Virus record (IMG/VR): IMGVR_UViG_3300045000_000052
Location: 1-56,250 of that record
Source: a virus
Lineage: Duplodnaviria > Caudoviricetes
DNA length: 56,250 nt
Strand: one strand, 5' to 3'
Position 1 is the first letter of the stretch. Each line of letters opens with the position of its first letter. The notes under the pieces were generated by a model. That model saw only the letters and a program-made list of their open reading frames with translations. It had not been told where the DNA came from and did not search any database. Below are positions 9,429 to 18,445 of the stretch, piece after piece. The position numbers were made by a program, and so were the translations under genes.

Positions 9429-9895
9429 CCAACCAACCCGAGGCGCGCCCGTGCGCGTGCGGGCACCTGAGCAACCGGCACAACGCGCTCGTTTCGGGCC
9501 CGTGCCAGCAGCTCGGCTGTGACTGTCCGGACTTCCGCGAGCCCGAGCCCGAAGCCATGTTCGTGGTCTCGGGTCGCCCGATCCGCCGAGGTGCCCATGG
9601 GCTCGACCGGTCGCCGCATGTGGTGGTGGACCGGGAGATGCTCGAGCGGCTCACCGAGGATCGGCGCATGCTCGCCGAGTTCCGCGCCAAGCTCGCCGCG
9701 GCGCTGGGCATGACCCGCACCGTGCCCGATGCCGAGCTGTTGAGCTACGTGCGCGACGCCATCCAGCACGCCCAGGCGTTGCCGGGCCCGGTGCGCTCGG
9801 GGCAGACCGTGACGATGGCGGACCTCGAGATCGGCTCACCGACCGAGGATGAGGCGGCCGCGTGGGCGGGCGACTCACCCGAGTGGACTCAGTGA
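9425..9895 (+). CDS. Cys/His-rich hypothetical protein
   Basis: GTGA coupling; CACGHLSNRH...CQQLGCDC. Confidence 0.6.
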   Translation: MTNQPEARPCACGHLSNRHNALVSGPCQQLGCDCPDFREPEPEAMFVVSGRPIRRGAHGLDRSPHVVVDREMLERLTEDRRMLAEFRAKLAAALGMTRTVPDAELLSYVRDAIQHAQALPGPVRSGQTVTMADLEIGSPTEDEAAAWAGDSPEWTQ

Positions 9896-10188
9896 TGGGC
9901 GGCTACGTGAACCCGGGCCGCCCGACCGGGGTCAAACAGCAGATACCCGGCGACCACTTTCGGCCCGATCTGCTCGAGCCCGAGCGCCCCGGCGATCACA
10001 TCTGGGCGGCCATGGCGCAGTACCGGGTGCGGGTCGAGACGCTGCGCGCCAAGGGGACAGACGGCGGCGCCCCGCTGCACCTGGACAAAGAGAACCTGAT
10101 CGGGGTGGTGATCGGCTGCTATGTGTGCGAGCAGCCCTACTCGGACCGCCTCGGGTACCGGCCATGCCCGGGTGATCCGAATGGGTAA
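9895..10188 (+). CDS. Hypothetical protein (CxxC)
   Basis: MGGYVNPG...GDHIW...GCYVCEQPY...CPG. Confidence 0.6.
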   Translation: MGGYVNPGRPTGVKQQIPGDHFRPDLLEPERPGDHIWAAMAQYRVRVETLRAKGTDGGAPLHLDKENLIGVVIGCYVCEQPYSDRLGYRPCPGDPNG

Positions 10189-10366
10189 GGCCAACGTGGC
10201 CGGGGGCACCATGACCTCCGCGCTGTGCCCTCGGTGCCGGGCGCATCGGCTGTTCCGGGTGCCGCTCTCGCCCGCCCAGTTGGTCACCTCGGGGCGCACC
10301 GCGCAGCTGATGTGCGCTGACCAGGTGCACTGTCTCTACACCGACACGGAGGCGAGCAGACCATGA
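10181..10366 (+). CDS. Small zinc-ribbon protein
   Basis: CPRC...CADQVHC. Confidence 0.5.
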   Translation: MGKANVAGGTMTSALCPRCRAHRLFRVPLSPAQLVTSGRTAQLMCADQVHCLYTDTEASRP

Positions 10367-10620
10367 GCATGCCCAACCCGATGCGTGATGACTTTGAGCC
10401 GCCGGCCCGCTCGGGGTGGGTTCACGATCACCCCATCACCACCGGGCTCGGCATCGCGCTGGTGCTGGCCATCGTGGTGGTGATCATCCTGCTGCTCACC
10501 GGGGGGCTGGCGGCCAACCCGCCGTACTCGACCTGGTGCGACCAGGGCCCCAACGGCAACCGGATCTACGAAAGCCACAGCGGTGACATCGCCGTGGTGC
10601 CGGCGGACAAGACATGCTGA
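10363..10620 (+). CDS. Single-TM membrane protein
   Basis: GLGIALVLAIVVVIILLL hydrophobic run. Confidence 0.65.
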   Translation: MSMPNPMRDDFEPPARSGWVHDHPITTGLGIALVLAIVVVIILLLTGGLAANPPYSTWCDQGPNGNRIYESHSGDIAVVPADKTC

Positions 10621-10838
10621 CCTGGCGGGCGGGCGACGTGGCGCGCAAGGAACGCGCCGAGGATGTGTTTGAGCTGCTCGAGGGTGGCGGCTGGCGCTAC
10701 ATCGGAACCATGGTCAGCGCGGCGCATGCCCGGCGAGCGTGCGCGGTGACCCGGCCGAACCCGTACGTGCCGCACGCGCACGATCTGCCCGCCGGCGGGC
10801 GCGGTGACTGGGAGGACAGCAGGGGGGCGGACGGGTGA
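10614..10838 (+). CDS. Hypothetical protein
   Basis: ORF track, overlapping coupling. Confidence 0.5.
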   Translation: MLTWRAGDVARKERAEDVFELLEGGGWRYIGTMVSAAHARRACAVTRPNPYVPHAHDLPAGGRGDWEDSRGADG

Positions 10839-11131
10839 CGCACCCGGTTGAGTTCGGCGAGTGCCCGGCGTGCGAGCGGTGGGGCCAGCTCGAGTACCGC
10901 CAGGACTGGACGCTCTACGTGCACCACGCCGAGCGCGTGATCCACCTGGTGCCGATCGCCCCGCCGGCGGGCACCGCGCTGTTCACCGCCTGCCCGGATT
11001 GCATGCGCGGTTTCCTGCCCCGGTCCAACGCTCGGCTGGCGGGCAACCGCATCGTGAGTCACACGTCCTTCAATCCGTGCTGGCGCTGCAAAGCCACCGG
11101 CCAGGTGCCCGGGTTCGTGATGCCGGCATGA
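10835..11131 (+). CDS. Zinc-binding hypothetical protein
   Basis: CPAC, CPDC, H...C..C. Confidence 0.55.
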   Translation: MTHPVEFGECPACERWGQLEYRQDWTLYVHHAERVIHLVPIAPPAGTALFTACPDCMRGFLPRSNARLAGNRIVSHTSFNPCWRCKATGQVPGFVMPA

Positions 11132-11268
11132 GGGTGCTCGCCTCGATCGTCGTGCTGCTCGCGCTGCTGTCCGCCGCGAGCGGGTCGATCTGGCCGCTGC
11201 TGTCCGCCGGGTGCCTGATCGTGGTGCTGCTCGAGCTGGGCCGGGGCCGCTGGCGGTGGCCGAGGTGA
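11128..11268 (+). CDS. Small membrane protein
   Basis: MRVLASIVVLLALLSAASG...LIVVLLEL; ATGA/GTGA coupling on both sides. Confidence 0.5.
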   Translation: MRVLASIVVLLALLSAASGSIWPLLSAGCLIVVLLELGRGRWRWPR

Positions 11269-12833
11269 GCCTGTCTGGCCTCGAGCGGTCGCTGTACGGG
11301 GCGACCACCCTGGCGGGCCCGCCGGACTGGGATGGCAGCTGGTACCAGGCTCGGCTCAACAGCGACGCCATCCGGTGGTTCAAAGCCGAGGCGCGCTACC
11401 CCGAGCGGCTGCCCGGTCGGCAGTACCGGCGTGATCTGTGCGAGCACAACCCGCTGCTGTTCATGTTGATCTACCTCACGCACCACCTGCGGACACCGCG
11501 CCTCGGTGGGGCGATCGTGCTGTCTCGGTTCCACCTGGACGCGCTGCACTACTGCCGGCGCTGGGCGTATCAGGACTGGGGGATCGGGGAGTGCCGCGAC
11601 GGGTGGCTGACCGCGCGCAAGGGCGGCAAGTCCACGGTGTTCCTGGTCGGGCTGCTGCTGTGGGCGCTGGCCTATGAGCATCGCCGGTTCGCCCTGGTCA
11701 TCGCGCACACCGGCAACATGGTCAGCAAACACATGGTGACCTTGCGCCAGGAACTGCGTAACAACGCGCACCTACGCGCCGATTTCCCCGAGTTGTGTAC
11801 CCCGCTCAAACAGCGTGGCCGGGCGGTGATGGACAACGCCGAGGGCTACATAGCGGCCAGCGGGGTGATGTTCATGGTGATGGGGTTCGGTCGGGCCGCC
11901 CTCGGTATCAAGGTCGGGGTCGAGCTGCCCGATCTGATCTTGGTTGATGACGGTGAGGGGCATGAGGAGAAATACTCCCTGCACCAGAAAGGCCAGCGGC
12001 TCAAGACGCTGCGCCAAGCCATCCTGCCGATGAATGAGTACGCCGTGGTCAACCTGATCGGCACCACGGTGCGGCACGGCTCGATCATGCATGACGTGGC
12101 CCGGGGCGCCGCCTGGGTGCAGTCCGAGCAGATCCGGGCGCACCACTATCCGGCGCTCGAGACCGACCCCGACACCGGCGAGCGGCGCTCGGCGTGGCCG
12201 GCGCGGTGGCCCCTGGGCTGGCTACTGGCGCACGAGATGGAACGCGGGTTCGCCCTCAACTACCTGTGTGACCCCCTAGCCCCGGGCGAGGGTAGCTACT
12301 GGTCGGATGAGATGTTCACCTACCCGAGCCCGTCGATCCGGGTGGGCGTGACCAGCCGGGCCCTGAGCATCGACCCGACCGACCTGGCCAACGCCGATCA
12401 CAACGACTGGACCGGCATTGTTCAGGGCGCGTTCGCCGCCCCGTACGGCAAGGCGATCATCGAGCACTCGGTGGGGCTCAAGCCGAGCGAGGCGGAATTG
12501 CGGGATCGGGTACACCGGATGATCCGCAACTCGCCGGAGGATTGCCCGATTACCTATGCGTTGATCGAGATGAATAAGGGCGGCAGCCTGGTCAAACAGA
12601 TCTGTTCGCCGCTGCCCCGGGGGGTGAAATGGGTCGAGGTGTTCGCCACCGAGCACAAGCTGTCCCGCCTCGGCCGGGCCGCCGACCGGTTCAGCCGCGG
12701 TGAGGTGTTCCTGGGCGATACCCTGCCGTCCCTACAGCGCCAGCTCAAAGCGGTGCCGAATGGTGATCATGACGATGAGGCGGACGCGATGGCCCAGTAC
12801 CTCGATGACGTGCTGCCGGACGAGTACACCTAA
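11265..12833 (+). CDS. terL: Second terminase large subunit (ATPase + RNase H-like nuclease)
   Basis: Walker A ARKGGKST, Walker B DLILVDDGE, IGTTVRH coupling motif, WPARW, SIDP, EMNKGG, HDDEADA. Confidence 0.85.
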   Translation: MSLSGLERSLYGATTLAGPPDWDGSWYQARLNSDAIRWFKAEARYPERLPGRQYRRDLCEHNPLLFMLIYLTHHLRTPRLGGAIVLSRFHLDALHYCRRWAYQDWGIGECRDGWLTARKGGKSTVFLVGLLLWALAYEHRRFALVIAHTGNMVSKHMVTLRQELRNNAHLRADFPELCTPLKQRGRAVMDNAEGYIAASGVMFMVMGFGRAALGIKVGVELPDLILVDDGEGHEEKYSLHQKGQRLKTLRQAILPMNEYAVVNLIGTTVRHGSIMHDVARGAAWVQSEQIRAHHYPALETDPDTGERRSAWPARWPLGWLLAHEMERGFALNYLCDPLAPGEGSYWSDEMFTYPSPSIRVGVTSRALSIDPTDLANADHNDWTGIVQGAFAAPYGKAIIEHSVGLKPSEAELRDRVHRMIRNSPEDCPITYALIEMNKGGSLVKQICSPLPRGVKWVEVFATEHKLSRLGRAADRFSRGEVFLGDTLPSLQRQLKAVPNGDHDDEADAMAQYLDDVLPDEYT

Positions 12834-12848
12834 GACCACCCGATCGTG

Positions 12849-12944
12849 CGTACCGCTTGTCTTTCAACTGTTTGGAAAAAGCCCAAAGAGTGCGGTAGGG
12901 TGACGGAGCACGACAAGAACCGCCCCGACCAGCTAAGGGATCAC
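12849..12944 (+). promoter_or_regulatory. Promoter/operator/leader cassette, copy 1
   Basis: TTGGAA-N18-TAGGGT overlapped by ACTGTTTG-N9-CAAAGAGT; closely similar to 18446-18536. Confidence 0.7.
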
Positions 12945-14117
12945 ATGACCACCTCGCCCGCCCCCCGCACCCGCTCAGCCGCCGCGCGCATCGCCGAGGG
13001 CATCCGCCGCATCGACACCGCTCGCGACTACCGCCGTGTCTGCTCGATGGCCCGCGGCGCCAAGTTCGACCACGCCGAGCCGATCGGCCCTGATGACTCG
13101 GGCGAGCGTTTCGAGCTGAACTACACCGAGTCCGCCCCCCGCCAGACCGCCGCCGATGAGGCTTACGCCGCTTACGTCACCGGCTGCGCGTGCGACCTGA
13201 CCGACCACCGCCACACCGCCGAGTGCTCCGCGCGCTGGGATGCCGCCGCCGAGGCTGCCGAGGTCGAGCAGGACGCGCCGGTGTTCGAGGTCGGTCAGCG
13301 GGTCCGCTTCACCGCCGACATCGGCAGCCCCGAGCTGGTGCACGTCACCGGCGTCATCGCCGAGGTTGGCCCCCGCGAGTCCGTGGTCACGCTGGACGCC
13401 AAGGTGCTCGGCTACTCGCCCGAGCTGCGGTCGTTCAACCGCTACATCGAGCCCGTGCCCGAGGTGGACCCCACCGAGCTGACCGCCGTGGAAGCGGTCC
13501 GCCTGGTCACCCGCCGGTCCCAGGCCATCACCGCCGATAAGGCTGAGCGGGCCACGCGGCGCCGGGTCGAGCACGGGCGCCTGTACCGGGCCGAGCTGCG
13601 CGCGTACGGGGTGCCGGTCGCCCAGCTGCTGTACCCCGAGCCGGCGGGCCCGATCACCCCCGAGGTGGCCGCGTGGCTCGGCATCGGCCCCGCCGAGGTG
13701 CCCACCAAGGCGCAGCTTGAGGCGGCCGAGTACGCCGCCGCGCTGCGCACCCTGGCCGACATCGTGGAAGCGACCCCCGAGGTGCACCGGTACAACGATT
13801 TCTACGCGTGGTACGGCGGCAGCCGCGCCGACCTGGCCGCCGTCACCCGGGCCGCGCTGGCCGCCGGCGCGACCGTGGCCAAGGACATCGACGAGACGAG
13901 TTACAACGTTGAGCTGCGCATCGGCCCGCTCAAGGTCTCGGCGCTGGCCAGCCGGCGCAACGTCTGTGAGCGCGTCGTCCTCGGTACCGATGAGGTGACC
14001 CGGACGGTGCCAGACCCGGCCTACGTGGCCGAGCCGGTGCCCACCATCGAGGTCACCGAGACCGTGGAGCGCATCGAGTGGCGCTGCACGCCGCTGCTGG
14101 CCGAGGGCGGCGAGTAA
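12945..14117 (+). CDS. Hypothetical multi-domain early protein
   Basis: AAGGGA RBS, strong GC3 bias; FEVGQRVRF SH3-like segment. Confidence 0.75.
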   Translation: MTTSPAPRTRSAAARIAEGIRRIDTARDYRRVCSMARGAKFDHAEPIGPDDSGERFELNYTESAPRQTAADEAYAAYVTGCACDLTDHRHTAECSARWDAAAEAAEVEQDAPVFEVGQRVRFTADIGSPELVHVTGVIAEVGPRESVVTLDAKVLGYSPELRSFNRYIEPVPEVDPTELTAVEAVRLVTRRSQAITADKAERATRRRVEHGRLYRAELRAYGVPVAQLLYPEPAGPITPEVAAWLGIGPAEVPTKAQLEAAEYAAALRTLADIVEATPEVHRYNDFYAWYGGSRADLAAVTRAALAAGATVAKDIDETSYNVELRIGPLKVSALASRRNVCERVVLGTDEVTRTVPDPAYVAEPVPTIEVTETVERIEWRCTPLLAEGGE

Positions 14118-14160
14118 GACTCGGGCCCGGGCGGTCGATCCCACCACCCCGGCCCTGCCC

Positions 14161-14214
14161 GAGATCGGTGGGTGCGGTGCGCACTGGGGAGCGGGTAGCG
14201 CGCCCACCGATCTC
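14161..14214 (+). terminator. Long hairpin, probable terminator
   Basis: GAGATCGGTGGGtGCG...CGCGCCCACCGATCTC followed by CCTTTA. Confidence 0.55.
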
Positions 14215-14268
14215 CCTTTACCCAACCAACGAGATCAACAGTCATAGGAAACGGAGGCATGGCCCACC

Positions 14269-14601
14269 ATGCTGATCAATCACGCGAGATGCCACCACGG
14301 ACCGGGCGCCGGCGGTGATCTGTGCCGGATGAAAGCCAAGCGGCTGCCGCTCGGGGCCATCCGGTGGGTGACCGGTTACGCCCGGTTCTCCCGCCCCACC
14401 ATCGGCGTGGTGGTCCAGCACCCAGTGTCCTCGCCGCGCCCCCTGGTCGGCATCCACCGCCGCGACATGGCCGGGCATTGGCTGCCCGCGTCGATGCTCG
14501 AGCTGACCCCCGAGCAAGCCGCTCAGCTGGGCGCCGCGCTGGTCGAGGCGGCCGCCGCGGCACTGGACTCGGCCGAGGCGGACCGGGCGGGGTGCGCATG
14601 A
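14269..14601 (+). CDS. Hypothetical protein
   Basis: GGAGG upstream; start uncertain. Confidence 0.55.
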   Translation: MLINHARCHHGPGAGGDLCRMKAKRLPLGAIRWVTGYARFSRPTIGVVVQHPVSSPRPLVGIHRRDMAGHWLPASMLELTPEQAAQLGAALVEAAAAALDSAEADRAGCA

Positions 14602-14858
14602 TGACGATGAGCCGCTGTCCGTACCCCCAGTGCCGCCAGGACTTCACCGACCGGGCCGAGCTGGATGAGCACCTGATCACCGTCACCCGCCACGATGACC
14701 CCGACCACCGGGCGTTTCCGGACGGGGGGCTGCGCACCCGGTGTGCGGACATGCGGCCCAGTCACCACCACTGCGAGCACGGGCACGCCAACGACTGCCC
14801 GGACCCCGGCGAGTGCATACCGCTACCGGCCGGGGGCAAGCGGTGGGGCCAGCGATGA
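14598..14858 (+). CDS. C2H2-like zinc-finger protein
   Basis: CPYPQCRQDFTDRAELDEHLITVTRH, plus a second Cys/His cluster. Confidence 0.6.
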   Translation: MMTMSRCPYPQCRQDFTDRAELDEHLITVTRHDDPDHRAFPDGGLRTRCADMRPSHHHCEHGHANDCPDPGECIPLPAGGKRWGQR

Positions 14859-15034
14859 GCAACGCCGAGGGCTACCAGGCGCCGTCTGAGCTGGCCGAGC
14901 GGATCCGGGATGTTGTCCGCAAAGCGCACGAACCCTGCCCTCAACAGGGCTGCGCGTTGTCGGTCATCTGGGCCAGCGATGTGCAGGAGATCCTCGACAT
15001 CCGTGACCAGCTGCTCGGTGAGGCCACCCAGTGA
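14855..15034 (+). CDS. Hypothetical protein
   Basis: ATGA coupling. Confidence 0.5.
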   Translation: MSNAEGYQAPSELAERIRDVVRKAHEPCPQQGCALSVIWASDVQEILDIRDQLLGEATQ

Positions 15035-15201
15035 CCGCCGTGCCACCGGTGCCCGCCCGGGCCCGCAACGCCCACCACGCCGAGCACTCGCCGAGCCAGG
15101 TGGTGCTGTGGTGGCGCCACGTCCGCTACTTGTGGCGTGAGCGCCGCAACCGCCACTGAACCGACCGCCCCGACCAAGTTCGCACGTGAGGAGATCAGGA
15201 G

Positions 15202-15480
15202 ATGGGTTTCATCCGCCGCGCCATCGAGCGTGACCAGGCAGCGCACGCCGCGTTCGTCGCGCCGCCGCCCTACATCGAGAACGCCCGGCAAGCTCGGGAA
15301 GCGGCCAAGGCCGACCGAGACCAGCAGACCGCGCGGGAGCAAGCGCACCAGCGGGCCAAGTTCGCGGCCCGGGCCGAGCGGGAGAACGCCGAGCGCGCCG
15401 AGCGGGCCCAGGCCGAGCAGGACGCGCACACCCGCCGCCTGGCCGCCGCCGTGGTGGACGAGATCGTGCGCCGGCGGTGA
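15202..15480 (+). CDS. Coiled-coil hypothetical protein
   Basis: AGGAG RBS; A/E/R-rich. Confidence 0.65.
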   Translation: MGFIRRAIERDQAAHAAFVAPPPYIENARQAREAAKADRDQQTAREQAHQRAKFAARAERENAERAERAQAEQDAHTRRLAAAVVDEIVRRR

Positions 15481-15752
15481 GCGCCAAGGCGATGAACGCG
15501 CGGCTGCTCGAGCTGGTCACGGTAGTCATCCCGGTGCTCGTCAAGGCCGAGGGCGGCGCCACCCAGGAACAGCTCAACCCCCTGGCCAGCGTGGTCAAGT
15601 ATCTGGGCCTGGACGCTGACTCGGACGCTGACCTCGCTCTGTTGGCCGGCGCGGTCGAGGTGGCCCGGTGGGTGATGCTCAACGCCGAGCTGGCACAGAG
15701 CGAACCCGCCGACGTCTGGGCCCGCTACTGCTGGGGGGCCACTCATGGGTGA
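15477..15752 (+). CDS. Hypothetical protein
   Basis: GTGA coupling. Confidence 0.6.
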   Translation: MSAKAMNARLLELVTVVIPVLVKAEGGATQEQLNPLASVVKYLGLDADSDADLALLAGAVEVARWVMLNAELAQSEPADVWARYCWGATHG

Positions 15753-16002
15753 GTGGCTGACCCCCGGGTGGGAAGCGACCGGCCGAGAGCGGCGCCAGCG
15801 CCTCGCACAGATCGAGGCCACCGAGCGCCGGCTGAAAGGCAACCCGGCCGCGCTGCGCCAGTTCCACCGTGACCAGGCGCGGGCGCTCGAGGCCACCAAG
15901 CGCAGCTACCAGGCGTCGCACCCGGGTGAGGGTTGCTTCACGCTGATCGGCCTGCTCGGGCTGCTCGGCGTGCTGCTGGCCCGCGTCCTCCGGCGGCGCT
16001 GA
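15745..16002 (+). CDS. Small basic protein with GC-TM-RRR C-terminal anchor
   Basis: Ends PGEGCFTLIGLLGLLGVLLARVLRRR. Confidence 0.65.
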   Translation: MGEWLTPGWEATGRERRQRLAQIEATERRLKGNPAALRQFHRDQARALEATKRSYQASHPGEGCFTLIGLLGLLGVLLARVLRRR

Positions 16003-16079
16003 TGGCCTGGCGCCCGCACCGGCACCGCGCCTGGCGCCGGCGCATAAGTTGCCCGCCCCAACAAACAGGAGAGCCTCAC

Positions 16080-16910
16080 ATGACTGATCAACCGAACGTA
16101 GAACCGCCCGGCGCCGAGCTGGGCATCACCCTCGAGCAAGCGCGCGCCAACATCGGCCGCCAGGTCGAGTACGTGGCCGGTGATCTACCGGACCGCGTCG
16201 CGTTCATCGAGCGCGGCCGCCTCACCGGCATACCGCCGAGCGAGGACGGCGCTAACGCGTTCGTCACGTTCGACAACGCCGAGGGCGCCAAGGCGACCCC
16301 ACTCGAGCGGCTGCGGCTGCTCGAGCGGCCGCGCTCGCTGGCCGAGCTGGCCGATCAGCTCGATGAGATCGAGGCGCGGCACCCGGCGCCGGCGCCCGAG
16401 CCCACCTTGAGCGGGTTGGCCGCCGCGCTGCACAACGCCGCCGAGGATCCGCACAACGATCACTGCGGCGAGTATGAGGGGCTCACCGAGGGCGATGCCG
16501 AGTTCCTGGCCCAGGTGGCGCGCGTCTGGATGGACAGTCAGGTCAAGCCGGCGCCGCCCACCGGTACCCCCTGGGCGCCGATGCAACCGGCGATGCCGTA
16601 CCCGATGCAGTGGGGCGACCAGCCGCCGCCCTGGGGCCAGCCGCCGGCCGTGCCCGCCGAGGTGCCGGACCTGATCGAGCAACGCGAGTGGCTGCCGGTG
16701 GTGACCCCCCATGTGGCCGGTGAGCGCGTCATCTACCGGGGCCGCCCGATGGACCCGGCGCTGCTGGCCATCGTGGTCTCGGTCCAGCAGAACCCCTCGG
16801 GCGTGGTGGCGGTGTGTCAGTACACCGTGCGGGTTCCCTACCTCGGCCAGACACTCGGCGCGTACGCCGATCAGCTGGCGCCCTGGTATGCGCCTGAGCC
16901 GGACTTCTGA
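16080..16910 (+). CDS. Hypothetical protein
   Basis: AGGAGAG RBS, MTDQPNV start. Confidence 0.65.
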   Translation: MTDQPNVEPPGAELGITLEQARANIGRQVEYVAGDLPDRVAFIERGRLTGIPPSEDGANAFVTFDNAEGAKATPLERLRLLERPRSLAELADQLDEIEARHPAPAPEPTLSGLAAALHNAAEDPHNDHCGEYEGLTEGDAEFLAQVARVWMDSQVKPAPPTGTPWAPMQPAMPYPMQWGDQPPPWGQPPAVPAEVPDLIEQREWLPVVTPHVAGERVIYRGRPMDPALLAIVVSVQQNPSGVVAVCQYTVRVPYLGQTLGAYADQLAPWYAPEPDF

Positions 16911-17110
16911 TGGGCCGGCGGCTGTACCCGCTGCCCTGGGGCTACCGGTTCGGGTGGGCGCTGGTGCTGCTCGGGTGCGCCGCCCTCGCGGTGGCGCTCT
17001 CGCTGGGGCTGCGCGCGGCGGGTCTGACCGTTGCCCAGGTGGTGCTGTTCGTGGTGGTCGCCGGCGGCGCCCTGGCCTGGTCGGTCTGGGTGTGGCGGGG
17101 GCCCCGGTGA
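16910..17110 (+). CDS. Two-TM membrane protein
   Basis: Hydrophobic segments, TGATG coupling. Confidence 0.6.
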   Translation: MGRRLYPLPWGYRFGWALVLLGCAALAVALSLGLRAAGLTVAQVVLFVVVAGGALAWSVWVWRGPR

Positions 17111-17448
17111 AGCTGCTCGGGGGCTGGTCGGTCGGCGCCGATCTGCCTCTGCTCACCCTGGCCGACGTGCCGCCGGTCGCACGCCGCGATGACTCGGTGG
17201 CCGAGTGGCGAGCCCTGGCGGGACTGGACGCCGCGGCCAAGCTGGCCTCGGCGGGCATCACCCCGGCGCCGCCGCCTCGGCCGTGCGAGTGCCGCCGCAT
17301 CCTGGTCGACACCGGGCACCTCGGCGCGCCGGCCTGGCACCTCGAGCACGACTGGCTTGACGATGGCCGGGTGTGCTGCCTCGAGCGGGCCGCCTGGAAA
17401 GGTCAGCTGTGCTGGTGCCGGGCGAGTCAGTGGGTGCCGAATGAGTAG
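17107..17448 (+). CDS. Cys-rich hypothetical protein
   Basis: GTGA coupling; CEC...HLEH...CC...CWC. Confidence 0.5.
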   Translation: MKLLGGWSVGADLPLLTLADVPPVARRDDSVAEWRALAGLDAAAKLASAGITPAPPPRPCECRRILVDTGHLGAPAWHLEHDWLDDGRVCCLERAAWKGQLCWCRASQWVPNE

Positions 17449-17659
17449 CCGCCCGGACAGCTGGCGGCCAGGGCCCGGGGCGCGGCGGCCCTACTGGGAG
17501 GCCAGGTTCACCGGTGAGTGTGAGGCATGCCCGAGCCCGATCGAGGTGGGCCAAGAGATCATGCGGGCGGACGCCGGCGGCTATGTGCACGTGACGTGTC
17601 CGGTGGCCCCCAAGGCCGACAAGTTCGACGGTACCGATGACAAGTCGATGGGATTCTGA
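17441..17659 (+). CDS. Small zinc-binding protein (CxxC...HxxC)
   Basis: ARFTGECEACPSPIEVGQEI...HVTC. Confidence 0.6.
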   Translation: MSSRPDSWRPGPGARRPYWEARFTGECEACPSPIEVGQEIMRADAGGYVHVTCPVAPKADKFDGTDDKSMGF

Positions 17660-17982
17660 TGAGCGAGAAAGGTGCGGCCAGCCGGGCAACCTCGGCGCAG
17701 CGCCGCGAGTGGGCGGCCCACTATGACGCGCAGGTCCGCGCCGGCGCCCGGGTGAACCGCTCGGGCGGGATGCGGCGCATCCAGGACGCGGACGGGGATT
17801 GGTTTCAGCGCAACGCCAACAGCTGCAACGGCTCGGGCTGGCACTCCCTGGCCGACAAGCCGGACATGCGCAAGCCGCCCAGCATCAACCGGCAGTCGGC
17901 CAGCTCGGGATGTTTCGGCCTGATGTCGCTCGGCCTGGTCGCCGTGACCGCGCTCGGGCTGGCGCTGGGCCGGCGGCGATGA
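17659..17982 (+). CDS. Small protein with WAAxYD domain and GC-TM-RRR anchor
   Basis: Ends SASSGCFGLMSLGLVAVTALGLALGRRR; N-terminus similar to 22334-22735. Confidence 0.65.
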   Translation: MSEKGAASRATSAQRREWAAHYDAQVRAGARVNRSGGMRRIQDADGDWFQRNANSCNGSGWHSLADKPDMRKPPSINRQSASSGCFGLMSLGLVAVTALGLALGRRR

Positions 17983-18266
17983 TCACCAAGCTGCCGCTGA
18001 TCACGCTCGAGGACGAGAATGATTTCCAGTGGCTGGCCATCGGGGCGGTGGGCATGCTGATCATCGTCATGATGGTGGTGCTGGTGGCCATGCTGCGCCG
18101 GTACCGCCACCTCGAGCGCCAAGCCGAGCGGATGGAACGCCGCCCGGACCCGCTGCGCCCGGTGACCGCCGAGGACATCCGCAACGACGCGCTCTCGGCC
18201 GAGCGGCTGCGATCGGCCGCGCGCCGCGAGCCGCCCGAGTGGCAGCGCTACGGGGGCCCAGGGTGA
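17979..18266 (+). CDS. Single-TM membrane protein
   Basis: ATGA coupling; WLAIGAVGMLIIVMMVVLVAML; RREPPEW. Confidence 0.6.
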   Translation: MITKLPLITLEDENDFQWLAIGAVGMLIIVMMVVLVAMLRRYRHLERQAERMERRPDPLRPVTAEDIRNDALSAERLRSAARREPPEWQRYGGPG

Positions 18267-18445
18267 AGCTCACGCGCTGGGAACTCGCCGCCGTCATCCT
18301 GGCCGCCTGGGCGCTGGGCATGGCCACGTTCGCCGGCCTGGCCATCCTCTCGGGGTTGTAGGCGGCCGGGCCGGGGGGGCAACGCCTCATATGTGCTGAT
18401 AGATGGGCGAACCCTCGCCGGCCCACGCGAATCACCCAAATAGAC

